This document shows positions 45,876 through 55,491 of a DNA stretch of 60,585 nt, in pieces (position 1 is the stretch's first letter; each line of letters begins with the position of its first letter). The notes under the pieces were generated by a model that saw only the letters and a program-made list of their open reading frames with translations, was not told the origin of the DNA and made no database searches. Source of the stretch: a virus. Taxonomy: Duplodnaviria; Caudoviricetes. The DNA lies in IMG/VR virus record IMGVR_UViG_3300034110_000180, positions 1 to 60,585 of that record, one strand, 5' to 3'. Position numbers and translations under genes: made by a program.

Positions 45876-48746
45876 TTACGGCAGGACTTTGGCCCACACG
45901 GCGTCAGCGTTCTGCTCTGCAGTTGGGACGTCGGCAGCCGTGGCCAGTACCGTGGAGGCCTCCATCTCAGCTAGCGTAGGCTTGGTGTCCACAGCGGCGC
46001 GCAGTGCGTGCAGGTTGTCTGTGGCTTCCACGAACCCGGTGGTCACGCTGTTGACGTCCGCGTAGAGGTCGTTGACCTTGCTCACCATGGTGGCGAAGTC
46101 GGTGTTCTGGCTCTGGGTCAAGCCGCCCGTGGCTTGGTCGTACACGTACCAGCCAAGCGTGTAGTTGCCTTTCAGCATGCTGCAGTCGCGGGCCAGCAGG
46201 CTGTTCTTGTCGTAGAAGATCAGCTTGAAACCGCTTGTGCCCGTGAAACGGAACTTGCCTGCAGAGATGTTGCTGGCGATCTTGGTGCCGGTGGCGAAGT
46301 CGGCGTTGACCGTGCCGTTCACACACTTCCAGACATCCACGAGGCCGCCCACAGTGCCCTGCACGTTCACAGAGCTGTCGCCGTTCGCGTCTTCCACGTC
46401 GATGTTGATCAGCTCGTTGTCGAACGCAGTGAAGGTGCCGCCACCTGTCACGATCTCTTTGATGAACTTGGCATCGGCGTCGTAGCTTGCGGCCTTGATG
46501 GTGATGACGTTGCCCAACACCGAGTACACGGCAGGCGCGTCGTCGCGCACCTTGACGCTGAAAGTGCCTTCAATGCTGGTGCCGCTTCGAGTGGCGATCT
46601 GGCCCAATTTGATGCCCTGCTCGGTGAGCCGGAACACCGCCGTGCGGTCGTAGCGCTTGGATGGGCCTTCGATGGTGGTGTATGCGGCCACAGTGGCCTG
46701 CACCGGCTCGCTGATGCCCACATCGGGGATGTCCACGAAGTCGATGGTGTTGAGGCCAGCGGCCAGCGTGATGGTGCCTTCCACTCGCTGGGTGCCGTAC
46801 AACTCACGGGCGTACTTTTTGACGAGGCCAACAGAGCCGGGTGGGTAGTACACGGTGTAGTCCGCCGCGCTGCCGGACACGTTGGTCTGGAACAACTCGG
46901 TCGCGCTGGTGCTGGGGTGCCACACGCCTGCCACGCCTGCGGTGGTGACGTTTTTGAGCGTCAGGATGGAGGACGACTGCCCGCCTGAAAAATACAGGGC
47001 GGTGATCGTGCCGTTGTTGGTAATCGTATTTGCACCAATCTGCAAGTTTCCAGCTCCGGCAGTGATCGTGCCGTTGTTGATGCCAGTCCACCCAACCCAG
47101 TTACGCAAGCTGCCCGTTACCACGCAGTCGTCAGGCTGACCTAAGTTTGCGGGTTGATTGCGCTGGTATTGATAGACATCGTAAATGTCCTGCACCGGAT
47201 GAACACCCGTGCTTGTCCAAATTTTATTGGGAAAGTCGAAGGTGACACCAGTGATGGCCGCTGCGTTGGCAATCACCTTGTCGCTGGTGGGCAGGCTCAC
47301 ATGCACAAATGTGGGGGTTGCATCATTGTTGCCAGCCAATGAAACTAACGTGCTTTGCTTGTCGTAGCCATAGCGGCTTGAGCTAATGACATGGGTTTCA
47401 GCGCCTCGCGTCGTGCCCGTGCAAAAGTAGCTGTATGAGGACAAGTTTGTCGTGGCTGTTGTGAAGCCCCACGCAAACACAAATTCACTCGTCGCTGCAC
47501 CGCCCACGGTTGCAATGGCTTGCTGAGACAGGTCAAACGTGATGTCTGACGTGATGCCCTTGGCGCGAACACCGGCCACGTTTGAGCCGACTGGCTGGTA
47601 GTACATAAAGCCATCACTGAGCAGGTTGCCAGCGGTGTCTTGCACCCGAATGGTGATCTGTTTGGAGAACTCCAGCACGTTATGGCGGCCACCCGATGAA
47701 CTGGAAGACCGCCACGCGATGTTTGTCCCGAGCAGGTTGTTTTTTAGGCGAGTCCATGCGGAACCCAAAAGCACGATCTGAACGCCAGCGTAATACGATG
47801 GTAGCACGTAGGTCGTGAGGTAGTCCTCGATGACAATCCGCGAAGCCGTGGGGACGCTTGCCAAATTGATCTCAGGCCCGTCCGTGTCGATGGGGGTGTA
47901 GCCCTTGATGCTGAACTGGGGCACGCCAAAGTTAAGCCACACACCGACAAAGGTTTTGTTGGCTTGGAAGTCAATCGAAGCCGTGGTGTTGTCTTGACGC
48001 AAACGCGCTTGGCTTGTACCTGTGCCACGAGCGCAAAGAATCCAGCACACATCCCCTTGAGTCGTGATTTTGGAGAAGTTGCCTGAGTCGGTTGTTATCC
48101 AGTCAGCGCCATAACGAATACAAGCATCAATGATGGTGAACTTGGCAGGGAAGCTCGCATTGGTGCTGACCAGCCGCATGATCTTTTGGCCGTTTTGCCC
48201 AAGCCAATCAAAACCCGGATACGGAAATGGTGCGTTTGCTGCGGCTGCTTTGCGACCGTTGACGATGATTTCACCACCGCTTGCGCTACCACGAACTTCA
48301 AATCGGTTGGAGCAAGACCCATCGTTGCGAAGCTGTGCAACCCGTGAGTCCACGGTCAAAGTGCCTTCAATAAAGAAGTCTTGGCCACCCACATCAAAGA
48401 TTCGATAAAGGTCAGCACGGTTTGTAATGACAATGCCTGTCGCAGCGCCCAGACTCAAATCCATTCTGTCCGTGCCCGTTTGCGTGATACCCGTCTGACA
48501 GGTAAACGCTTGGCCTGAGAACGTGCCAAAGGCTGAATCAACTGTCAGCGATGTAGCCGAAGTAATGGCTGTGATTGTCTTGGTCACGCCGCCCACGGTG
48601 ATCGTGCCAAAAACCCGAGGCTGCGAAGTTGAAGGAGCGCCGCCAATGGCAAAGGCAAAGGCCGTACCGCTGCCAGTTACTGTGGTCGTGCCAGCGCATG
48701 AAACTGTGCCCGTTCCCGCTACCGCTGCTGTTCGTGCGAATGTCAT
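45876..48746 (-). CDS. Large Thr/Gly/Ser-rich fibre or spike-like protein
   Basis: 956 aa beta-rich; N-terminal VTGSGTAF; C-terminal ADAVW. Confidence 0.7.
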   Translation of the reverse strand: MTFARTAAVAGTGTVSCAGTTTVTGSGTAFAFAIGGAPSTSQPRVFGTITVGGVTKTITAITSATSLTVDSAFGTFSGQAFTCQTGITQTGTDRMDLSLGAATGIVITNRADLYRIFDVGGQDFFIEGTLTVDSRVAQLRNDGSCSNRFEVRGSASGGEIIVNGRKAAAANAPFPYPGFDWLGQNGQKIMRLVSTNASFPAKFTIIDACIRYGADWITTDSGNFSKITTQGDVCWILCARGTGTSQARLRQDNTTASIDFQANKTFVGVWLNFGVPQFSIKGYTPIDTDGPEINLASVPTASRIVIEDYLTTYVLPSYYAGVQIVLLGSAWTRLKNNLLGTNIAWRSSSSSGGRHNVLEFSKQITIRVQDTAGNLLSDGFMYYQPVGSNVAGVRAKGITSDITFDLSQQAIATVGGAATSEFVFAWGFTTATTNLSSYSYFCTGTTRGAETHVISSSRYGYDKQSTLVSLAGNNDATPTFVHVSLPTSDKVIANAAAITGVTFDFPNKIWTSTGVHPVQDIYDVYQYQRNQPANLGQPDDCVVTGSLRNWVGWTGINNGTITAGAGNLQIGANTITNNGTITALYFSGGQSSSILTLKNVTTAGVAGVWHPSTSATELFQTNVSGSAADYTVYYPPGSVGLVKKYARELYGTQRVEGTITLAAGLNTIDFVDIPDVGISEPVQATVAAYTTIEGPSKRYDRTAVFRLTEQGIKLGQIATRSGTSIEGTFSVKVRDDAPAVYSVLGNVITIKAASYDADAKFIKEIVTGGGTFTAFDNELINIDVEDANGDSSVNVQGTVGGLVDVWKCVNGTVNADFATGTKIASNISAGKFRFTGTSGFKLIFYDKNSLLARDCSMLKGNYTLGWYVYDQATGGLTQSQNTDFATMVSKVNDLYADVNSVTTGFVEATDNLHALRAAVDTKPTLAEMEASTVLATAADVPTAEQNADAVWAKVLP

Positions 48747-48749
48747 CGA

Positions 48750-49091
48750 TCAGCCCTCGAAAAAGGATTCTTTGGTTGCGTCGGCTGTTGGCTCAAACTC
48801 AAAACCAAGTGCTTGCGCCACGATGATGTACGCGCCTTCTGCGCTGGCATCCCACGTGCAAGTCATTGTGCCGGAATCATCAAGGCCGGTGTACTTGCTT
48901 TCGGCGTCGCTCGTGTACTTGAAAGTGTGCGAGGCGCTGCACGCGAACAGGCCGGACTCGGTCAGCAGTTCGTGCTTGAAGCTGACGGTGTCGAACAGAT
49001 TGTCCTCCATGCTACGGACGTTGTAGCTGGTGGCTTCGACACGGCCCATGCTGCCGTAGGCAACGACTGGTTTGATGCGTTTGGTGATCAT
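48750..49091 (-). CDS. Hypothetical protein
   Basis: ATGA overlap. Confidence 0.7.
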   Translation of the reverse strand: MITKRIKPVVAYGSMGRVEATSYNVRSMEDNLFDTVSFKHELLTESGLFACSASHTFKYTSDAESKYTGLDDSGTMTCTWDASAEGAYIIVAQALGFEFEPTADATKESFFEG

Positions 49092-49390
49092 GACTTGACC
49101 TCTTTAGGATACACGAATGCGTAGTAGTAAACGTGGCAGAAATAGCCGATGTCTTTGGTGATCCACGTCGGGAAGAATACATCAACTGGATACGCCCCGG
49201 TGTCGATGTAGTGCAACGAGCGCACAATCTGAATGGTACACCCAACCGTCATAAACCCGAAGCCCGTTTTGAGCAGCCAGTGCATGTTATCGTTGTCGCC
49301 AAGGAAGACCTTGATGATGGCGACGGGCAGGAAGTACGCTGCCGCTACGAGCATTATCCACAACCACACGACGACATTGGCGTCCTTCAT
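49088..49390 (-). CDS. Three-helix membrane protein
   Basis: Hydrophobic segments; ATGA overlap. Confidence 0.7.
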   Translation of the reverse strand: MKDANVVVWLWIMLVAAAYFLPVAIIKVFLGDNDNMHWLLKTGFGFMTVGCTIQIVRSLHYIDTGAYPVDVFFPTWITKDIGYFCHVYYYAFVYPKEVKS

Positions 49391-49854
49391 GGTGCGGCCC
49401 TTCTACGAACAACCTTTTTGGCCGGAGCTTTCTTGGCCGCCGGCGTGGGGTTCACAGCCTTTTCAACCTCGGCCTTTGCTGCCGTAATAGTCTTGGCTGC
49501 GGCCACGGTTTCTGTGGCCACCTCAATGATGTCTTTGCCGTCCCATTTATCGAAGAGCATGACGATGGCTTTGACCACCGGGAACGCCAAGATGCCGCAC
49601 GCGCCTGCAATGGCAAAGGCCACGTTGACGTCGTAGGGACTCATACCCAGCCAAATGGCGATGGCCCCGCCGAATGTCACACTGGTGCCCACCGCTGTGC
49701 CGCCGACGATGACTCCGGTGGCCAGCTTACCGTGCCCCGGGAGCGCCGGAGTTCTGCGTATGAACAGAACGAGGATCGAAATCACAAGCGCTGGGACGGC
49801 GTAGTACACCTTGGACAGGACGAATCCGCTGGCTGAGGTTGTCGTGGGTTCCAT
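49387..49854 (-). CDS. Membrane protein, holin-like
   Basis: Three hydrophobic segments and a basic C-tail. Confidence 0.6.
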   Translation of the reverse strand: MEPTTTSASGFVLSKVYYAVPALVISILVLFIRRTPALPGHGKLATGVIVGGTAVGTSVTFGGAIAIWLGMSPYDVNVAFAIAGACGILAFPVVKAIVMLFDKWDGKDIIEVATETVAAAKTITAAKAEVEKAVNPTPAAKKAPAKKVVRRRAAP

Positions 49855-49868
49855 CGGTAGCTCCGCGC

Positions 49869-50261
49869 TTAAGAAAACGTGATTTGGTCTTCTGCGATGT
49901 TAACCGTAAACGGGCCGTTTGTGCTACTGTAATTTGAGCCCCATGAGCCGACAAACAGCACTGTGTTGTCCTGCGAAGCGTCATAAATCATAAAACCGCC
50001 AGCAGTGATAGTGGCGTTCTGCCAGACGGCGTTGTCCCATGTGAGGCAGGCTGCGTCGCCCTGAGTCCAAGCCTTGCCGTTGCGCAGCAACTGGCCGCCG
50101 GCCTTGTAGCCCTTGCCGTCGACTTCACCGACGGGGGTGTATCGCTTGGTGTTGGGCCCGATGCTGGCTTCGCTGGTGTACAGCGCAATCATGCACTTGT
50201 CTTGCGCGACGGTCTCAAGGAAGAGCAGCTTGGCTGCGGTGGCAATGCCTGTGTCAATCAT
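49869..50261 (-). CDS. Virion structural protein
   Basis: IALYT..GEV.G.GY.AGG..IY..S.TNG.FTV. Confidence 0.7.
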   Translation of the reverse strand: MIDTGIATAAKLLFLETVAQDKCMIALYTSEASIGPNTKRYTPVGEVDGKGYKAGGQLLRNGKAWTQGDAACLTWDNAVWQNATITAGGFMIYDASQDNTVLFVGSWGSNYSSTNGPFTVNIAEDQITFS

Positions 50262-50263
50262 GG

Positions 50264-52390
50264 TCAGACTCCGTTAGGACGTGGGGACATAGTGTTTGAT
50301 TCTCTGCCGCCCACAGCGCTCCCGTCCGGGAGCATGTTCTTCGGCTTGCGAATCTTGGTGGCACCGGTGACGTTACCGTCTGCGTCGCGCTTGAATTCTA
50401 CCTCCATTGGATCGGTCGGGTTCTCCAGTTCCTGCATGGCCATGGCCAGCTGTTCTTGGAGCTGCGCGTTCTGCTGCTGCAACTGCTGCATGGCTGTCAG
50501 GGTCGGACGGTCGGGGACAATCCGGTTGACGTTGCCGCTCAGGTTGCGAGCCTGCTCGCGCAGGAGCTCTGCCGCGCCGTCCATGCCGACGATCTGCTGG
50601 GCCACTGGGCTGTTGAGCACGACCTGCATGAACTCGTTGCGGCGCACGGCTTCGGCTTCCTTGACCACCAAGCTGGTAGCGCCACGGGCCACGGCCTTGA
50701 CGTCACCGATCAGGTCTGGGTCTTTGCTGTATCGCAAGTTGTCTTGGTACAAGCGCTCAATGCACGGCACGATGACACTGCGGTCGATGTTGCTGATCAC
50801 CTGCTTGATGCCCTTGCCGGCGTTGGAAATCAGCATGGACAGGCCAGACGACGTACGGCCAACCCCGGGGCTGCTCTCGCCGGTCATGTAGCGCGGGATC
50901 ATGGTGTCTTCGTCAGCGCGGGCCGAGAACTTCTCAAACACCGCCATCAACTCTTGCGCGTTGCTGTTGGGCTGGAAGAACGTCAGTGGCTGCGAGCCGT
51001 CGTTGAACTCGGAGCTCTGAAACTGCCAGATTTTCCAAGGGTACATCTCGGTGATGTCTTCGCCCGGTGGCAGGCGCGACACGTTCACACCCACCTGAGG
51101 GCCGGAGCTGATGCCCATGTTGTTGGCCAAGCTGCGCGCAGCGGCGTTCACCATGTTCTGGGAGTCGCGGCACAAGTCAGCCACGCCCTTGCCCGCCACA
51201 GCGCCCGGTACGCGCTCATACGAGGTCACGTAGTACGGCTTGCGGCCCAGCGGGTCGTAGTTCAGCACAGCACGGATCACCGTGGAGCCCACCAGCCACA
51301 CCTCGCAGGGGTAGCTCAGGTCTGGGTCAGGGATGTCTTTGGCAGACAGGCCCCAGTCCAGCAGGTCTTTACCCTGCACGCTGTCCCACATCTGCAGGGC
51401 GTCGATCAGGTCTGTCGTGAAAATCGTCTGGGTGGTGTCCTTGCCCTCGGCAGTCGCCTGCGCGCTGTCGGTCCACAGCCACTCGTTGAGGTTGCCCTGC
51501 TCGAATTTGTTGAGCACCGAGCGGATCGCGTCGTCGTTGTACCCGGGCACGCCGATCAGCGCCTGCAGGTCGTCACGAGTCATCTTGTGGCGCTCAACGA
51601 TGAAGCCATCTTGCACGTCCGAGGACCAAGGGGCCCAGTAGAACATGAACGGATCAACCCGCTCCCACTCGTTACGAATCTCTTCTGTGGGCACCAACTC
51701 GCCGTTCTTCCACTCCATGGTCTTGCGTTTGCGCTTGACCGGGCCCTTCAACACAGCGTAAGGAAATGTAACAACGTCATCAAGAAACGCATTCAGCGCA
51801 TCGGTCCAGCCGCCTTCAACGAGCTGGTCTTCCATTTTCAGCTCCATGCGGTCAACGCGCTCGTTGGCCTCTTCACGCAGTTTACGCATCGCTGCGTCTT
51901 TCATCTGCATGGCCGCCTCGCGCAGCTGTGTGGGGTCCGGAGGGGTTAGGCCCTGCTCCATCATCGTCTGCAACTGCTGCTGCATGTTGGCCATCAACTC
52001 TTGGATGATCTCAGGCGGCAGTGTCGGCTCTGGCGTAGCCTCAAGGCTCCACGGTTTGTCCGTGCCGGTGCCCAGCAGGGTATCGCGCAGCCAGCTCGTA
52101 GCAGCGCGGCATTTGACCGACGTCAGCTGGATGTAAATCTCCGAGCCGCCTTGGCGCTTGATGTCCGCCATTTTGTCAGGATCGTACTCACCGTTGCGCT
52201 GGCGCAAGCACTGCAGCATGCGCTCCTCGATCGTCCGTTTGGCTTCACGGGCAGACTCCCAACGCTTGCGTGCGTGAGCGGCAAGGCCCTGAATAACAGG
52301 CTGAGCCTGCATGTCAGTGTTGCGTTTCTGCGACTCCCGCTCCAGATCACTGGAACGGGCTACGGGGATGAGTGCGATGCCAGTGGCCAT
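50264..52390 (-). CDS. Portal protein
   Basis: 708 aa directly after TerL; ERVDPF, GKGVADL, GRTSSGLSML. Confidence 0.88.
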   Translation of the reverse strand: MATGIALIPVARSSDLERESQKRNTDMQAQPVIQGLAAHARKRWESAREAKRTIEERMLQCLRQRNGEYDPDKMADIKRQGGSEIYIQLTSVKCRAATSWLRDTLLGTGTDKPWSLEATPEPTLPPEIIQELMANMQQQLQTMMEQGLTPPDPTQLREAAMQMKDAAMRKLREEANERVDRMELKMEDQLVEGGWTDALNAFLDDVVTFPYAVLKGPVKRKRKTMEWKNGELVPTEEIRNEWERVDPFMFYWAPWSSDVQDGFIVERHKMTRDDLQALIGVPGYNDDAIRSVLNKFEQGNLNEWLWTDSAQATAEGKDTTQTIFTTDLIDALQMWDSVQGKDLLDWGLSAKDIPDPDLSYPCEVWLVGSTVIRAVLNYDPLGRKPYYVTSYERVPGAVAGKGVADLCRDSQNMVNAAARSLANNMGISSGPQVGVNVSRLPPGEDITEMYPWKIWQFQSSEFNDGSQPLTFFQPNSNAQELMAVFEKFSARADEDTMIPRYMTGESSPGVGRTSSGLSMLISNAGKGIKQVISNIDRSVIVPCIERLYQDNLRYSKDPDLIGDVKAVARGATSLVVKEAEAVRRNEFMQVVLNSPVAQQIVGMDGAAELLREQARNLSGNVNRIVPDRPTLTAMQQLQQQNAQLQEQLAMAMQELENPTDPMEVEFKRDADGNVTGATKIRKPKNMLPDGSAVGGRESNTMSPRPNGV

Positions 52391-52452
52391 GGGTTAGTCC
52401 TGCTTATGCGTGGAGGCACAATTGCCTAATTGTACGCTGCCGTGCAGTCGGG

Positions 52453-53925
52453 TCAAGTGTACGAGTACCCGGACTTCTTTATCTCCCGCCTGCCGGTCTG
52501 CAATCCAGCCCCACGGATGTTCATGTCGATTATGGAATCGGCGTACTGGTTGGCGTCGTGGACGTGGGAGAACTCGTTCTTGTCCGGCTTGTCCTCCATC
52601 TCCCCGTTCTTCTTGATTTTGTACCGGTATCCGTACCGGAACCCCTTGATCAACATGGTGCATCCCGGGTCGATGAGGTACATCGCCTTGCCTTCCAACT
52701 GCTGCACAAGCAAGCGCTCGACGCCTTGCACCCGCTTCTCCGGGTCGTTCGTCGGAGGTTTCTGGCACTTGAACCCCGCCTGCTTGACGATATCCACCAG
52801 CGACACCTCGTTTTGCTGCTGCTTGGCATACCCGGCTGGGTCCGGAGCCACGAGGAACGTGCAGCCCTGCATGTGATTGGCGATGAACGGGTTGAGCTTG
52901 GTGCGCAGGAAAGTCTCTATACCCATGTTCTCTGACGTCAGCTCGGCCAGAGTCACCACGCGCCCACGTGGGTCACGCTGCTTGAACACCGCCGCCGGCG
53001 TGCGCCCGAAGTCCAACCCGATGATCACCGGGTAGTCTTGGCTCTTGATCGGCTTGATCGACTCCTTGGACACGTGGAACTCGTGCGTGAACGTCTTCTC
53101 GTACACCGGGGTGCCCGACAGGCTGCGGCCATACTCCGACCGCAGGTACACGCGCAGCCAGTCCTCCGACTTGCCCGGGATGATGTTCGGGTAGTACTGC
53201 TTGGGCAGGTGGTTGTAGTTGTCGCACTCTGGGTTGACCGCCCACTCGACGCCGTCCTTGTCCAGCAGCAGCTCCTCCGGGTCTTCCCCGAACTTCTCAA
53301 CGTACACCTCGGGCTTGATGATCGCCGCTGGCTGCTTGTGAATCGCCCAGTTCGATGGCGGCTCTTCCATTTTGTTGTGCCACCACGTGTCCTCATCGGG
53401 CATGTTGGTGTCGAACAGCGCGCACGACCGGGTGGGCCCGCCGTCCTTGGCCGAGGGGTATCGGTTCAGACGCGACAGCAGGCCGTCCACAACCTCACTG
53501 TTGAGCTCTCGGCTCTCGTTACCCCACAGGAACGTGGTCTCCAGCGACAGGGCCTTACGCACGTCATCAGGGGTGTCCAGCGGGATGAAAATCCATTCCG
53601 ACTCCACCTGCGTGCCATCTGGCAGTTTGGCCATCAGGATGAACGTCTTCTCCACGGCCTTCCAGATACCAGCCTCGCCCGGGGGCAGCCAGTCGAACAC
53701 CGTCTTTCGGGTCGTCAGTGCCAGCTGGTCCGCCGTGTTACGCACAATGATCGCCCGCGTCTTGCGAACCCCCTTGGCGTTGGGCTTCTGGCCACAGGCC
53801 AGCCGCACCAGCTCATGCACGCAAGTGACCGACTTGCCACCGCCCACAGGCCCCGCCAGCACGCGCACGTAGGACTCGTCCAGCATGAAGTTCCGCTGTG
53901 TATGTGTGGGTTTGTAGCTGCTCAC
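52453..53925 (-). CDS. terL: Terminase large subunit
   Basis: GPVGGGKS, WGNE, DTN, GLDFG, SHVHDANQY. Confidence 0.95.
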   Translation of the reverse strand: MSSYKPTHTQRNFMLDESYVRVLAGPVGGGKSVTCVHELVRLACGQKPNAKGVRKTRAIIVRNTADQLALTTRKTVFDWLPPGEAGIWKAVEKTFILMAKLPDGTQVESEWIFIPLDTPDDVRKALSLETTFLWGNESRELNSEVVDGLLSRLNRYPSAKDGGPTRSCALFDTNMPDEDTWWHNKMEEPPSNWAIHKQPAAIIKPEVYVEKFGEDPEELLLDKDGVEWAVNPECDNYNHLPKQYYPNIIPGKSEDWLRVYLRSEYGRSLSGTPVYEKTFTHEFHVSKESIKPIKSQDYPVIIGLDFGRTPAAVFKQRDPRGRVVTLAELTSENMGIETFLRTKLNPFIANHMQGCTFLVAPDPAGYAKQQQNEVSLVDIVKQAGFKCQKPPTNDPEKRVQGVERLLVQQLEGKAMYLIDPGCTMLIKGFRYGYRYKIKKNGEMEDKPDKNEFSHVHDANQYADSIIDMNIRGAGLQTGRREIKKSGYSYT

Positions 53926-54431
53926 TTGATCTCCTTGACTTCTGCGTCCAGTGTAACGGGTGTGAAGCCTTGCTGGTTGCTGAGACTGACCGACTGGCCA
54001 CCGCCCAAGTCAATGCTGATCGTGAACCCGGGCCCTGAGCTGACTGCCTTCTCTTCCTTGGGCTCGAGCCCGGCGGCCTTGATGAGCGTCTTCAGGATGT
54101 CGTGTTTCTGGTTCAGGCTCGCATCTGGGCTGGCAGCTTGGACGTACACCTGATCGAGCAGCTCACCGGCCATCCACGCCGCTTTCGCTTTGAACGTGAT
54201 GCCGTTTTTCTCGTACTCGGAGCGTTTGACCTGAACTTGCAGTTGGAACCACTTCTGGGACTCGAGCTCCTTGAACTGCTCGATGCTCAGGCCATGCCGG
54301 GCGGCCACAACTAGGTCATCTTCCATGCCAAGGGCAATGGATGCAACCATTTCATCGCTGATTTGCGGGAACGACAGGGTCTTTGGCTTGTACTCCAGAG
54401 GCGTATCGTCCATGTCGTCATCAAGACCCAT
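53922..54431 (-). CDS. terS: Putative terminase small subunit
   Basis: GTGA overlap with terL; GAGGAGG SD; FTISIDL C-terminal strand. Confidence 0.65.
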   Translation of the reverse strand: MGLDDDMDDTPLEYKPKTLSFPQISDEMVASIALGMEDDLVVAARHGLSIEQFKELESQKWFQLQVQVKRSEYEKNGITFKAKAAWMAGELLDQVYVQAASPDASLNQKHDILKTLIKAAGLEPKEEKAVSSGPGFTISIDLGGGQSVSLSNQQGFTPVTLDAEVKEIK

Positions 54432-54606
54432 GTTGAGCCTCCTCTTGTTGCATGTCGGACGTATGTTTTTTGGCTTTTTGGTACGCCAAATGGTACTTTT
54501 CCATGGCAATTCGGGTCATTTCAGCCGAGGAAACGCCCTTTTCTAAGGCCATAACACGGTATTTTTCGATCAAATCTTCCGGCAAAAACATGTTGCAGCG
54601 CTTCAT
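54421..54606 (-). CDS. Ribbon-helix-helix DNA-binding protein
   Basis: MKRCNMFLPEDL..GVSSAEMTRIAMEKY; AAGGA SD. Confidence 0.75.
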   Translation of the reverse strand: MKRCNMFLPEDLIEKYRVMALEKGVSSAEMTRIAMEKYHLAYQKAKKHTSDMQQEEAQHGS

Positions 54607-54770
54607 TTTTGGTCCTTTTCGGCGGTTTTTGGGGTGGTGTGTATGTGTATGGTAAGGCTTTTTTTGTTTTTTGGGGGAATTTTGAGGGGGTGGGGGCTTT
54701 GCGGCGTAAAGGTGTGTATACACACAGTTGTAATTCTTGTCGGGCTCGGCGGGAGCGTCGTAAGCATACC

Positions 54771-54807
54771 GGGGGCCGGGGGGTGGGGGTGGGGGGCCTG
54801 TGGGGGG
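54771..54807 (+). other. G-run cluster (five runs of 5-6 G) in a G/T-skewed tract
   Basis: GGGGGccGGGGGGtGGGGGtGGGGGGcctgtGGGGGG. Confidence 0.8.
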
Positions 54808-54812
54808 TGCCC

Positions 54813-54864
54813 GATTATCAAGGATGCCTAGGTTGTAGGGACTCTGGATTATCAAGGTTGCCTA
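54813..54864 (+). repeat. 18-bp direct repeat GATTATCAAGG(A/T)TGCCTA x2
   Basis: 54813-54830 and 54847-54864. Confidence 0.9.
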
Positions 54865-54867
54865 CAG

Positions 54868-55462
54868 TAGAGCGATGATCGCATCGTCTCACCCCGCTAA
54901 GTGCAAGCGACTTGTGCCGGTATCAATCACATGACGTAAGTCATCGTGGCTATGCTGGGCAACACGGGCCAAGTGCATGGGGAAAGTGTCCTTTAAAAAT
55001 CTGCAATCAGGTGTCAGTATGGTGCGGTGACAGCGCCCTGAAATTGACCTGACCTAAGTTCACCGGGTAAGTGTGGGCTGACAAGCATCCGGGGGCATAG
55101 TCTCACGGCCAAGCCAAGATACTGCACTGGGGTATCTGTACGGCACTGCGGTATCTGTCGGGGTAAGAGTCCCTGCAGGTAGGGCGGTAGCGGAAAGACG
55201 CTACACGGGCAAAGTGTTCGCCGTAAAGGGACACGAGGGTATCAACGTCACCCGGTACAGAAAGACGAGAAAGCCACCCCACGAAACAAAAGCAAAAAGC
55301 TGGCCTAACCACCGACATACGGAGTGGAGGGTGCGCGAACACGGGCAGGTTACGTCACAACGTAGCGAAATCCCCTAGTAGGCTATACGGTTTTGCCAAA
55401 CCAAAACGTGGGGTGGGCTTTTGAGAGCGCATTGCATGGTGTAGTGCGTTCTTTCAAGCTCA
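54868..55462 (+). ncRNA. Candidate large structured RNA / early leader
   Basis: No credible ORF; many hairpins with G-U pairs, GNRA loops and long-range stems. Confidence 0.55.
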
Positions 55463-55491
55463 TTCAATCATTCAACCTCGAAGGAATAATC

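Noticed and set aside
54609-54878. ORFs over the G/T-rich tract
   Set aside because: Low-complexity translations produced by base skew.
54868-55462. tRNA, group I/II intron or RNase P identity for the structured region
   Set aside because: Only fragmentary resemblances (ATAGTC, GGAAAG); no T-loop cloverleaf, P7 partner or domain V found, and no interrupted gene.
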